From Eledone cirrhosa (Eukaryota): 64,000 nt of DNA. The translations under genes were made by a program, and so were the position numbers. Shown piece by piece: positions 41,495 to 54,816 of this stretch. The stretch lies in NCBI GenBank assembly GCA_964016885.1, contig OZ024745.1, positions 128,030,001-128,094,000 on the forward strand. Direction: 5' to 3'. Within the stretch, counting starts at the first letter, position 1. Each line of letters opens with the position of its first letter. The notes below the pieces were generated by a model, which ran no database searches, was not told the DNA's origin, and was given only the letters and a program-made list of their open reading frames with translations.

Positions 41495-43170
41495 GAATCC
41501 TTGGGAGGAGTGAAGATCAAAAGAGGTATCTTCCAAGGAGATAGTTTGTCCCCTTTGTTGTTTTCCTTACCCTCATACCCATGTCCCTCATATTGCGAAA
41601 AGTGAAAGCAGGATACAGGCTGGGAAGAGGAGAGCTTCCCATCAACCACCTCCTATTCATGGACGATCCAAAACTCTTTGGGAAAAGAAACAAGGAGTTG
41701 GATGTATTTGTTAACACTGTCCGTATTTTCAGCAATGAGATATGGATGGAATTTGTTGTTAATAAAGTGTGGAGTCCCAGTGATGAAGAGGGATACATTG
41801 AACAGAAGCAACGGAATCCAAGTACCAACAGGTGAGATAATAAAGGAAATCGACATTGAAGAGCAATTCAAATGTTTGGGCGTTCTGGAAGCAGATGACA
41901 TGAAGAACAATAAAATGACATCAAGAAAAATAAAATTGATTAGATCTGAATACATAAGGAGAAAAGGAACATACTAAAATAACATCTAAATTGTAGGAAT
42001 GTCATAAGTGCAGTAGATTCCCGAGCTGTGTCTATTATTAGGTACAGTGTGGGAATTCTGAAATAGAATGCTACTGAACAAAAATAAATGGATAGAAAGA
42101 CTAGGATGCTAATGACTAGCTAGAGCATGTTTTGCAAGAGGATTGATGTTGATAATCTCTACTTAAAGAGATCTGAAGGTGGAAGAAGTCTTATCAGCGT
42201 AGAGGACTGTGTTCAGATGGAGAAAAGCAGTCTGCACAAATATGTATCTGAGAATAGGGAGCCAATGCTCAAAGTTGTTCTGAAGGAGAAGACAATAAAC
42301 CAAGGGATGTCCAAGGAGGAAGTAACAAGAAAGCAACCTTCATCAAAAATCCCTTCATAGCACCTTTTTAAAGAAAGCGGAATTCAGAGGTCCACAGATA
42401 TAGAGCCAGTTAAAAAGAGGGGACCTTAAAAAAGCTACAGAAAGGAAGCTAGTGGCTGCACAAGAGTAAGCCCTCAGAACGAAGTGGGTGAAACACCATA
42501 TTGACAAAGATGAGGCTAGCTCACTGTGTAGGATCTGTGGAAAGAGAGAGGAAACTGTGGCTCACATCGTATCCGAGTAAACACATAGCTCAGACTCACT
42601 CTAAAGGCTGCAGGCATGATATAATACGAAAGGTGATTCACTGACATTTATGCAAGCTAAATAATTTACATTCTGAGAAGTGGTATGAGCATAAGCCAGA
42701 GTCCGTGATAGAAAACGATTATGTGAAGGTGCTTTGGGATTTCAGGATACAGACAGACAAGAAATTAGAATACAATAGGCCTGATCTGATGTTTTTTGAC
42801 AAGGAAAAAAAAGATCGTGCCTGGTTGTAGATGTCGCCTGCTCCTTTGACACAAAGTGCAAGAAAGGTAGGAGAAAATTAACCGATTGCAGGATTTAAAG
42901 TGGGAATTAAAAAGGATCGTAAGATCGAGGTCGTCCGATTGTCATAGGAGCACTAAGTACTCTCGAAGGGTTTTCAATGATGGTTAAAGAATATTAGTCC
43001 ATCTCCCTTTTTTGGAACACTTCAAAAGGCATGCTTGCTGGGAACAGCAAGAACCCTCCAATACGTCCTGAATATCTGAGGCTGCAGGTAGCAGCTTGAT
43101 CTTCATTTGAACAAACTTTCCAGTTAAATAACATCAATGACTGAGACTCCAAGAATAACAATAATAATAG
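41495..43170 (+). mobile_element. R4/Dong-like non-LTR retrotransposon, 5'-truncated and decayed
   Basis: RGIFQGDSLSPLLF, INHLLFMDD.KLF (RT); CRICGKREETVAHIVSE (CCHC), RHD, VLWDFRIQTDKKLEYNRPDL, VDVAC (RLE). Ends in short (TAA)n. Confidence 0.9.
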
Positions 43171-43174
43171 CAGT

Positions 43175-43382
43175 GAGTAAAAGGTTGAATGCATGGCTTG
43201 AGAAGCTATGAATTAACATCAGGACGGAACTTTTGCAGAAAACTGCCTTGCTAGGAACAGCGAGGGTTCTAACGAGTGTGTTAGAAAGTTGAAGGAGAAG
43301 GAAAGATCCAAATGATCTTTCCCTATTGACTATGGCTCGCGCTTTTGGTATAACATCTGCCAGAGCAAAAGCATTACGAATG

Positions 43383-43431
<49 letters not shown>
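43175..43431 (+). mobile_element. 3' end of a second R4/Dong-like family with (TAA)n tail
   Basis: RLNAWLEKL*INIRTELLQKTALLGTARVLTSVLES*, short UTR, then (TAA)n. Confidence 0.75.
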
Positions 43432-43432
<1 letters not shown>

Positions 43433-43881
43433 TTCTTTATAAGCCATACAGGGCTCACATTAAGAAAACATTAAGCACAGCGGAGAACGAGACAGCACAG
43501 AATGCTACAGTGTGGATTTTAGCGTGTAAAAACATTCATAAAGCTATTCAAACAAAATAAGTTCAAATAAGGTGAGGGAGTTCCAAGGATCATATATGGA
43601 GAAAGTCCACAAAAACCCCACGGCCACGCTGACCTCTAGGGCAAATGTCCTCTACCAGTTTTCCGTCACCACTATACAGGCACATACCCAGAGTAAGCTC
43701 ATTTACTCAGGCTATGGTCACTTCTCTCATCTATCAATCAGCTTGGAAGGCAGCACTTCTCTTTCCGCCCTGATTTTCCTCTTCGAGTGAAACCTGAAAA
43801 AGTAATCAGGGCATTATTTCCTTTTTTAAACATTTTGTAAACATTTTGTGATGGAAAAATTATTATTATTGTTGTTTTTAC

Positions 43882-44475
43882 GCGGTGGATTGGCAGTATC
43901 GGTAGAGGGTCGGACGCCATGTTAGGGCGGTGGATTGGCAGTATCGGTAGAGGGTCGGACGCCATGTTAGGGCGGTGGATTGGCAGTATCGGTAGAGGGG
44001 CGGACGCCATGTTAGGGCGGTGGATTGGCAGTATCGGTAGAGGGTCGGACGCCATGTTAGGGCGGTGGATTGGCAGTATCGGTAGAGGGGCGGACGCCAT
44101 GTTAGGGCGGTGGATTGGCAGTATCGGTAGAGGGTCGGACGCCATGTTAGGGCGGTGGATTGGCAGTATCGGTAGAGGGGCGGACGCCATGTTAGGGCGG
44201 TGGATTGGCAGTATCGGTAGAGGGTCGGACGCCATGTTAGGGCGGTGGATTGGCAGTATCGGTAGAGGGGCGGACGCCATGTTAGGGCGGTGGATTGGCA
44301 GTATCGGTAGAGGATCAGACGCCATGCTTTGACGCATAGAATTACGGCTCTTTCCATTCTGAGTTCAAATCCCGCCAAGGTTAACTTTGCCTTTCATCCT
44401 TACGGGGTCGATAAAATAAAGTACCAGTAATGCACTGGGATAATTGCTGGCCTTGTGCCAAAAGTAGAAACAGCT
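43882..44475 (+). mobile_element. tRNA-SINE with 10 tandem copies of its 45-bp A-box head
   Basis: gggcggtggattggcagtatcggtagaggg(t/g)cggacgccatgtta x10, then one B box, central domain and tail. Confidence 0.95.
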
Positions 44476-44839
44476 ATTACTATTGTTACTATTAGTATTA
44501 TCATAATCGTCGACATTATCCTCAGTTCCTGTGCAAATATCATCAATGTCGTTTAGTTTACATTTTGGAGACTGATTCAAACAATTTTGTAATTTTTTAG
44601 TATGACTAGCAGAAAAACCACCGTTCGTGGGGTTTTCTGCTAGCATGTGTAGTGTGTATATTGATATTATACGCAAGTATATATACATGTAGATATGATA
44701 CATCAAATAAAATCGTAATTGACAATATACACAGAAATTGAACGAAGACTGCGTTACACTGTCTTCTGTAATCAGTGACGTAATCCATCGTACATTAAAA
44801 AAAAATATTATATATAAACTGCATTATATATAATATAAA

Positions 44840-45412
44840 GTATCGGTAGAGAGTCGGACGCCATGCTTTCCAGCATAGTTACGTCCCTTTACGGTCTGAG
44901 TTCAAATCCCGCCGAGGTTAACTTTGCCTTTCATCCTTACGGGGTCGATAAAATAAAGTACCAGTAATGCACTGGGTAATTGATGGCCTTGTGCCAAAAG
45001 TAGGAACAATTATATATAATATAAAAAAATATATTATATATAAACTGCATTAGGAGAAAATTAGCGACGGAAATATTTGAATGTTTATTTAAGCGATCGC
45101 TAACCGGAAGTGTTGACATTTGAAAATTTTAAAGAAGTGAATTTTAAAGATCTTTAAATAAGCTATAAAATATATTTAATCAACAGCCACGAAATTTAGT
45201 AGATAAATTATGTAATATTCATTCATTATTTATTGGCAGTATCGGTGGAGGGTCGGACGCCATGCTTTCCAGCTTAGTTACGTCCCTTTACGATCTGAGT
45301 TCAAATCCCGCCGAGGTTGACTTTGCCTTTCCTCCTTATGGGGTCGATAAAACAAAGTACCAGTAATGTACTGGGTTATTGCTGGCCTTGTGCCTAAAGT
45401 AGAAACAATTAT
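44840..45412 (+). mobile_element. Two young tRNA-SINE insertions (44840-45012, 45233-45412)
   Basis: Intact B boxes. The first is bracketed by a 22-bp direct repeat atattatatataaactgcatta (44805-44826/45031-45052). Confidence 0.9.
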
Positions 45413-45567
45413 TTATTCAAAGTAATCCAACTTATATTACTAATGGGATAAAAAAATTATAAACCGTAGCAATCCCGCACGCCTTACTTTATTATAGTTT
45501 AGATTTTTAGAGAGAGACAGAGAGAGAAAGAAAGCGTGAGTGATAAAGTGAGAGGAGATAGTGTGTC

Positions 45568-45609
<42 letters not shown>

Positions 45610-45746
45610 AGAGAGATTGGTGTTTCTATTGTGCTGAGTTGATTAAGCAACTTGACTCTGGTGTCAGAGACGATAAATAAGAGAAAGAGAGAGAGAGAGT
45701 GACAGACACACACATAGACAGAGAGAGAGAGAGAGAGAGAGAGAGT

Positions 45747-45814
<68 letters not shown>

Positions 45815-46085
45815 GGAAAATTTGAATGTAAATAAAGAAATATAATTTAATGCAGAGCCAAATTAAAAAGAAATGCTGGAAATACACTACAGAGCACTTT
45901 AGTATCGGATATACGTATACATATAGTCATGTATGCATGCATACATATATATATACATACATATATACTTATATACATACGTACATATATACATATTACA
46001 TACATACGTACATACATACGTACATATATACATATATATATACATATATACAAACATATATACATAAATGTATACATATGTACAT

Positions 46086-46395
46086 GGTGGCTGCCAACTC
46101 GTTTTCGAGTACGGCCACTACTTTATATCCATGTAGGAGAACCCCTACCGATGCGCTGAACGAGTGTGACTTTTTAGTCTAGCCAGCGACTTGAAAACTC
46201 TGGTACAAACACTACACTTGTGACAATTATTGACACATAGTGCTGGGCCCATGGTACTATATGACGACAAGTGCAGGGAGATCTCCAGATATAAAGCAAT
46301 GCATGTGCCGTGAAGCTTTTATAGTGAGCAAAGGCACTGCACAAAGCCAGTCCCACTCTCTTAACCAAGATGATATTTACCAAAAAGAAGAACAA
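46086..46395 (-). mobile_element. 5'-truncated copy of the ~600-bp RTE-related element
   Basis: Matches 26910-27220. Confidence 0.8.
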
Positions 46396-46541
46396 TCTGG
46401 AGATCTCTCTGCACATATGTACATACATATATACATACGTACGAACATATATACATACATGCGTACGTACATATATACATACATAGGTTATATAGGTACA
46501 CACATACAGTGTGTATGTGTGTATATATCTATATCTATCTA

Positions 46542-46604
<63 letters not shown>

Positions 46605-46911
46605 TCCCCTCCCCCCACACTGACGCACGTCCCCCCCACACACACACACATACACGCATATATATACAAACAAACACAGGCGCACACACACACATACACG
46701 CATATATATACAAACAAACACAGGCGCACACACACACACTCATACATACACTATACACATGTAATCATGTACACATACACACGCACACACACACACATCT
46801 ATATATATAAACAAACATTTGTACATATACACATACATACACATATATACACATACATACACATACATATGGCAGGTGTTTAACTGTGAATCTATTCATT
46901 CCACCTCTCTC

Positions 46912-46967
<56 letters not shown>

Positions 46968-46969
<2 letters not shown>

Positions 46970-47140
46970 TGAAAAAGTATGACCCCGACGGCAGAGCTTC
47001 TGGACTCCAAAAATAGCCGTCGAAACGGCCCGAGCTCTGCCGTCGGGGTCATATTTTTTCCTATTTCCCACTCTACTACCCTAAGTATTGAGTACTCTGG
47101 TGCGTTATGGTCCATCTGGTTCCTTACCACACTTCCTTTG

Positions 47141-47142
<2 letters not shown>
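46968..47142 (+). mobile_element. Family A pLTR-like fold-back element
   Basis: gaccccgacggcagagc...gtcGAAAcggcccgagctctgccgTCggggtc plus tail. Confidence 0.75.
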
Positions 47143-47204
<62 letters not shown>

Positions 47205-47283
47205 ATAATAATAAATTTGAAGACTAAAATCCAAAGAGGGCTCGATAAGGATAAACTTTAATCTGTTATTTTAATATATATAT

Positions 47284-47376
<93 letters not shown>

Positions 47377-47489
47377 TAGAAAGAGAGAGAGAGAGAGATG
47401 GAATGAATAGATTCACAGTTGAACGCCTGCCATATGTATGTGTATGTATGTGTATGTATGTGTATGTATGTGTATATGTACAAATGTTT

Positions 47490-47554
<65 letters not shown>

Positions 47555-47555
<1 letters not shown>

Positions 47556-47753
47556 CGAATGAAAAGTGGTAAGGAAACAGGTGGACCATAACGCACCAAA
47601 GTACTCAATACTTAGGGTAGTAGAGTGGGTAATAGGAGTAAGTAAGACCCCGACGGCTGAGCTCAAGCCGTTTCGACGGCTAATTCTGTACTAATTCTGT
47701 ACAGAATTAGCCGTCGAAATGGCTTGAGCTCAGCCGTCGGGGTCTTACTTACT

Positions 47754-47758
<5 letters not shown>
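47555..47758 (-). mobile_element. Family A pLTR-like fold-back element
   Basis: Tail plus ~125-bp palindrome with a small duplication (ctaattctgta x2) at its centre. Confidence 0.75.
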
Positions 47759-47793
<35 letters not shown>

Positions 47794-49316
47794 ATGTGTG
47801 TGTGTCCGTGTGTATGTGTATATGATTACATGTGTATAGCGTATGTATGAGTATGTGTTTGTGCCTGTGTTTGTATATATATGCGTGTATATGTGTGTGC
47901 GTGTGGACGTGCGTCAGTGTGAGGGGAGGGGAGTATCATACAGGCGTGTACGTTGTACCTTTATTAATTAGGTGTTTCTGAATTATTAACTAAATCGAAA
48001 TAAAAGGTAACGTACATGACGAGAGTGGCGTCTGTATTACTGCCTAGATGAAGCCAAACAAACCCACTTCTATAGGCTGGATACACAAAGATTTACATTG
48101 AACTATAATAAAACTTTTTGTTATTATGGTTGCTTTCATTAGTCTGCAGTTTTACTGGGACACCACCCTCATTTGGCTGAGTAGATCGACCCCAGGACTT
48201 ATTTATTCAAATCTGTTACTTATTTTAACGATCTCTTCTAGTCGAATGGATAAATTACTGGGCATAACCACAAACACTGACACAAAAGTAAATATTTACA
48301 TGAGCACACAAACACATACATATGCATACATATATACATACATAATACATACATACATATATTCATACATACATGCTTACATACATACTTACGTACATAT
48401 ATACTTACATACATACACGCATACATACATTCATACATACATGCTTACATACATACTTACGTACATATATACTTACGTACATACACGCATACATACATTC
48501 ATACATACATGCGTACATACATACTTACGTACATACATATATACATACATACATTGATAAGGAGTTTGAAGATCCAGTATTCATACCCAAAGTATAACTG
48601 AACTTGGATTTGTGGACAAAGAGCGCAGCTCTCTAATTCATAGACTTTAAATGTCTGCAATAGCTGGCACCTTCAAACTTTGCAAAACATTCTTGCAATT
48701 CAAGGGATCACAATTTCTATTCTTTTACAACTTTGCTACCAGGAAGGTGGCTGATCAAAAATGTATTCGTAATTACGAGAAAGAGAAACATAAGGCTACC
48801 TCCAGCCACACAGACCTGTAACATATCCTGACAAGCAATGCTTGTGATTTGAAGGTTTTTTAAGTGGGGAAAGGCCTTGCTTTCGACCAATCCCACTCTC
48901 TGAGCATCGAAAACACTACCCAAAAAGGAGAACTAATCAACATCATCGGATGCTTCCAGAGCCGCAGGTTTTTTTTCAGAGTTTCCCTCTCCTAGAAAGG
49001 TGTTGTGACAACAACTGGAGGCCTTTCACTCCCAGGTGAAAAAGAGAAAAAAAGTAATGTTTGGATGGCCGTTGACTCTGCTGAGTTCCTCCGCCCTTTG
49101 CCGGTCGGGTCGCTCTCGAGTGCTACTGGTAACATGTAACCCAGTACAACGTGTCTCATGGTTGAGTCGTCGGCGACTAAACCGACAACCCCACCAAGCT
49201 TGCTTGGTGAGAGAGGGTGATATTTGGACACCCTGCGGGATGAAACATACATTTATACATGCATACATAATACATACATACATAATACATACATACATAA
49301 TACATACATAATACAT

Positions 49317-49924
49317 GGTGGCTGCCAACTCGTTTTCGAGTACGGCCACTACTTTATATCCATGTAGGAGAACCCCTACCAATGCGCTGAACGAGTGTGA
49401 CTTTTTAGTCCAGCCAGCGACTTGAAAACTCTGGTACAAACACTGCACTTGTGACAATTATTGACACATAGTGCTGGGCCCATGGTACCATGTGACGACA
49501 AGTGCAGAGAGATCTCCAGATATAAAGCAATGCCTGTGCCGTGAAGCTTTTATGGTGAGCAAAGGCACTGCACAAAGCCAGTCCCACTCTCTTAACCAAG
49601 ATGATATTTGCCAAAAAGAAGAACAAGTCAACATCATTGGATACCATCAGGGCTGCAGGTGTTATATCAGAGTTTTCCTTCTCCTAGAATTCTGCCTTGA
49701 CAAACGCTAAGGGGTCATCTCTCCCGGTTATTTTGGATGGCCATTGACTCTTAAGAGCTCCTTTGCCCTTTGACAGGTTTTGTCTTTAGTCCTGCAGGAT
49801 GTCCAAAGGCACCCTCCTCACCAAGAAACCTTTTTTGGGTTGCCAGTTTAGTCGCCAACGACCCGACCATGAGACAGGTTGTACTGGGATACATGTTACC
49901 AGTAGCACCAACCGGTGACCTGAC
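49317..49924 (-). mobile_element. Full-length ~600-bp RTE-related element
   Basis: Reverse complement of 8529-9131, in (TACA)n. Confidence 0.8.
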
Positions 49925-50039
49925 ATAATACATACATACATACATAATACATACATAATACATACATACATACATACATAATACATAATCAACAACTAAA
50001 CAACCATCTGAAACGAAAGACTATAACAACTCCTTTTAG

Positions 50040-50680
50040 CAAATTCATTCCGGGTAACGGGCATCAAATAACAAAACCTGCTTGATAGTTTCATTTGAAT
50101 ATGTTATTAAAAAAGGACATAAAAGTTATCAAAAAATGGCACCAAGCGAACGTTAATCATATTTTGAGAAAATATGGAACGAAAATGTTCAGCTCAATAA
50201 AAGTATTAATTGGATTAAAAGGAGAGGAAGTAGTAATTTGCAGTTGCATCACAAGCATGGCCCTGCATATCTAGCAAGGAATTTAGTAATACAATAAAAA
50301 CTGCTTGCTATTAATTCGCTAAAATGCTTAATCAGTATTCATGAGTCCAATGCAAAAAACAACCAAGGAATTACTAAATAGACCAGAATCAATAATAGAG
50401 GCGAAAACAATATTAATTCCCGACCACCCACTAATTTTTCTTGAAAGGAAACACCGAGAATTTCAGCAGCTACAGAACAATATGTTGTTTACCAATATTA
50501 TACAAAGTTCTGACCTCATCTGGTTACTCATCACAAAGGAGTTGAAAATGGTGGCAGAAAAATGTATGGTTTTAAAAACAGCTACAAGTGAGCCGAACAA
50601 TTATTGGAGAGAACAAAGCGTGAAAGAAACATATTTGTTGATTGCCCCAAATAATTTAACTGTTTACTCTATATTGAAGA
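50040..50680 (+). mobile_element. Decayed R4/Dong-like RT N-terminal fragment
   Basis: Frameshifted AKTILIP and ICCLPILYKVLTS match the T.LIPK...RPI.CL..YK.LT pattern of non-LTR RTs. Confidence 0.5.
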
Positions 50681-50690
50681 TGTTATAGAT

Positions 50691-51833
50691 CAGTTCTCAA
50701 AGTGGGCGCTAGAGATGATCCAGTGAGGAATGAGGGGGGGGGGGGGCACTAGAGATGATGGTATATTAAATACCAAATGATACATATAGATATAATAAAA
50801 TAAAATAGTATACAATATATAGTTATACATACTATATATTATATTATTTATCTATATATATAAAACTGAGGATGTCTGTCTGTGTGTGTGTGTGAGTTCG
50901 AATCCCGAAAACTCGAGAACCACCAAACCGACTGTTTTCAAACTTTACACATGTAATATTTATGTTTCAGGGAGTGATCTGAGCAAAGATTTCAAATTTT
51001 CTATGCCCCAGGCACCACATTAGGCGATTTAGCGATCTCGCTCTATAATTCTTAGTCTTTCTCTTTTTAGTTAGACACATACTTATAACGTCGTGCCCTT
51101 ATAATATCTGTCTGTATGTCTGACTGTCTGCATTACGTCACTTCCTTGCGGATGTATGTGTGTGTGTGTGTGTATGTGTGTATGTGTGTGTGTGAGTTTG
51201 AATCCCTAAAACTCGAGAAGTACCCAACCGATTTTTTTCAAACTTTACATGTGTATTACTTATGTTTCAAGGAGTGTTATTCAACCTTTTTTTTATCTCC
51301 TAGGTGAAAAACTGCGTTGTTTAACATTTTTATGGGTTTTTTTAGGCGTTACGTCAGACCGATTTCCTTGAAATTGTAACTATGTATTAGTCTGTCTCTT
51401 CTTCATACCGTAAGCAAAGAAAATCCAACTTTCTTATGGCCTAGGGCCCGCATTAGGTGAAAAACTTCATTTTTTTCAGCTTCTTAGGGCTAGCCGATTT
51501 TCCCGAAATTTCAAGGCATATTATACACATGAAAAAAAATCCATTTTCTTGATCCCCTAGGGCCCGCATTAGGTGAAAACCTACATTTTTACTGCTTCAT
51601 CGAGAAAAATCTTAAAGATTATCCAGCCCCCAGAGTATTCGGTTTATTTTCTTTACATATTGTCCAGGCATGCAGTTTTTAGGTCTATTGCCGGCCCGCG
51701 TTCCAAAATACCTTATCCCGGGCAACGCCGGGTACCACTGCTAGTTATATATAAATTAACGGAAATAGAGGTGAGAACAATGAAGGTATTACGTAGCCAG
51801 GGGGGGGGGTACCAAAAAGCTTGAAAGCCTCTG
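50691..51833. mobile_element. hAT(Charlie)-like MITE hosting a Helitron
   Basis: CAGttctcaaagt...agcttgaaagcctCTG ends, 8-bp TSD ttatagat/ctatagat. Confidence 0.6.
50851..51744 (+). mobile_element. Non-autonomous Helitron
   Basis: A|TCtatatatataaaa 5' end; cccgggcaacgccggg hairpin then CTAG|T; no TSD; internal duplication 50880-50970/51180-51275. Confidence 0.8.
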
Positions 51834-52106
51834 CTATAGATGAACAGATAGGCGGAGAATCGGCAGAGTCGTTAGAACGTCGGTTAGAATGTCTTGCGGT
51901 ATTTGTTTCCGCTCTCCGTTCTGTGAGTTCAACCTTTCCCTTTCATCCATTCGAGGTCTATAAAAATAGTATCAATCTACTACTTGGGTCCATTCATCCT
52001 CTATATATATTTCTTACTTCCATTCTCTAACTGTCTATTCTTTTCTGGAACTAATCTGCTGTATTCAAACCTGGAGAGAAAATGGGATCCGCCAAGATTT
52101 ATTTAA

Positions 52107-52443
52107 CCCTTTAGTGTTCAAACCGGCCAAAACCGGCCAGAATTCTCTACTTCTTTCTGTTGAAACTGGCTGTAACTGGTCGCTCAAACTCATGTTAAAG
52201 TATTGTTTTCAAAATAAATACTTTCAATATCTCATAGATTCGATATTATGTGAGATAATTATGTGAGGTAAAGCCTTTACCATTAAAATATAATAGTATA
52301 TATAATATAATTGCTTCTACTTTTGGCACAAGGCCAGCAATTACCCAGTGCATTACTTGTACTTTATTTTATCGACGCCGTAAGGGTGAAAGACAAAGTT
52401 AACCATGGTATAGTATATATAAAATAACGTGAATGCTAAAGGG
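52107..52443. mobile_element. piggyBac-like MITE
   Basis: TTAA-ccctttagtgttca...tgaatgctaaaggg-TTAA. Contains a SINE fragment (52308-52405) with 13-bp TSD atagtatatataa. Lies inside the old SINE 51850-52500. Confidence 0.85.
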
Positions 52444-52499
52444 TTAAAATTCCCTAGGAACACCTACGACTCTGCCAGGAGTTGCTGCATCATGAATGC

Positions 52500-53750
52500 A
52501 TATATAAACACAGCAGCCCCAGTACTGAAACATATATCAATCAAAATCATACACTCACAAAATGGCGAACCACTTTATATATCCCAGTATATCAGATTAT
52601 AAAACCATGATATTCTCATAATACTGGACAATTTTCAATATTACTTATCCTTTAACGTCTTCTTTCTAGCTAATATCTCTTTAACAAATTTGTCTAACTG
52701 GTATTATCAAATATCTCCAAGTCCAGGGGCTGTCTTGGTGATACACTACGACTTTGAAAAGCTCTCTGGATAGATTGTAAGTCTCTTCCTTCATTTAATC
52801 TTTTGAGACAGAGCTTTTAATATTACTATTCCTGTGAAAACAACTAGCTGGTGCTAGGCTCATGTGGAACTTAATATCTATAGAGAGGATTTCTTTTATA
52901 GAGCAGTGGCTTATTCCAAGTGTTGAACCCAATAATGTTACTGTTAATACATTTTTGAATATTGTCGACTATTTGTACTATTTATACTATACATATATGT
53001 CGACTATATTTACTATATTATACATTGTCAACTGCAAATATTTATACTACATTTTCCTCAATACTTGGGCAATTGAAGCTCTCGTTGTGTTGTACAGGAG
53101 AGATTGAATATTTCTGGAAGTAAAATTTCTTGGACGCAATTATACAAAATACAACTGTCAAATATTAAAGTTACTTTGGGCTAAATTTCATATCATAACT
53201 ATCTATAACAGTTATAAAATATATATTACCACGAATATCATTTTTACCTACTTCTGTTTATTGTAATTCCACTAGTGAATGTTCAGCAGACACAAACTTG
53301 TAAAACAAAGTCTTGGTATAATAATTCTGGATTTGTAAATAATTTCAAACGCATCATTGGTAGAGAAAAACATGAATTCAATTATTAAAATTCACTAGAG
53401 CTAGACGTCTGGATTTTATCGATTTATAATGTACGTTGTTAATGGCAACAACGGTTAGAAATGCTTGTAGTTAAAGAATAGAAATTCTATCAATTTATAT
53501 AATGGTTATCATTGAAGATGGATTTATATAACTCGGAATTATTTATAAAAATTGTGTATAAGTAAATCGTATGATAGAAGGGAATTTATAAGCAAAGATC
53601 GGATTAATAAAAACTTTACAGGCAATTACTTGTGTAATATAGTGCAGTTATCCTTAACATGGACAAATAAGATTCATGTAATAGAAAACATTGAGGAAAG
53701 TATGAAGCATTGTATGACATCCTTTGTCTGGTGAGCCATTCAACGTGACA
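52500..53750 (+). pseudogene. Possible decayed large exon of an N-glycosylated extracellular protein
   Basis: Long frames broken by sparse stops (ANISLTNLSNWYYQISPSPGAVLVIHYDF, AFNITIPV, PNNVTVNTF, NFTGNYLCNIV) with many N-x-S/T sites. Family not identified. Confidence 0.25.
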
Positions 53751-54816
53751 AGTGTACTATGTAACAAAAAGTGTCTAGAGAAAAAAATGGACTTATATAT
53801 GTTATGGAGTATATACAAAATATAAACATATTTTTAGAGATTGCCAGGAAATATTACTTCAAAGTGAATGTCTCTTCCATGCATGTAAAAGAATAACTAA
53901 AAAAATAATGAAAAATACAGGCAGGATTAAAAAGTCAATTAAAGTTTTAAAATATGTTATTTCATGGCCTATTTCAGAGAGAAAGTAAAGGAGTTTAAGG
54001 CGGGAAATTCCTGGCAGGAAAATGTATAGAACCAGACAAAAAACTATTAGTTGTGTTCAGTAGAAGAAAGGAAAGCATAGAAAGCGGGGAAACAGGAAGC
54101 TATAAATAAAAGAAAAGATAAAGAAGAAAAGTAAGAAAATAATGCACAAAAATAATAAGAAAAGAGGAAATAAAAAAGAATTGAAACAAAAACGTTCGCT
54201 AGTCAAGAGATTCTAGGGTCACATGGAAGGGCGTATCGGAAAATGAGTACTTCTGGAGGAATTCATTCGCAATCTGTTATTCTCTTTACTTTTAAGCTCT
54301 TGATTGATGTTTATTCTTTATATTTTGTTGCCATTATTTAGCAGGGGCTGTCTTGGTGATACACTACGACTTTGAAAAGCTCTCTGGATAGATTGTAAGT
54401 CTCTTCCTTCATTTAATCTTTTGAGATAGAGCTTTTAATATTACTATTCTTGTGAAAACAACTAGCTGGTGCTAGGCTCATGTGGAACTTAATATCTATA
54501 GAGAGGATTTCTTTTATAGAGTAGTGGATTATTCCAAGTGTTGAACCCAATAATGTTACTGTTAATACAATTTTGAATATTGTTGACTATTTGTACTATT
54601 TATACTATACATATATGTCGACTATATATACTATTTTAAGTCTGGTGTATTATACATTGTCCACTACATTTTCCTCAATACTTGGGCAATTGAAGCTCTC
54701 GTTGTGTTGTACAGGATAGATTGAATATTTCTGGAAGTAAAATTTCTGGGACGCAATTATTCAAAATAAAACTGTCAAATATTAAAGTTACTTTGGGCTA
54801 AATTTCATATCATAAC
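52724..54816. repeat. Local direct duplication of ~475 bp (52724-53199 / 54342-54816)
   Basis: High identity with scattered substitutions and two small indels. Confidence 0.95.

Noticed and set aside
43882-44330. CRISPR-like or repeat-protein appearance of the 45-bp array (ORFs 43738-44378)
   Set aside because: No unique spacers, no cas genes, eukaryotic context; the unit is the SINE head.
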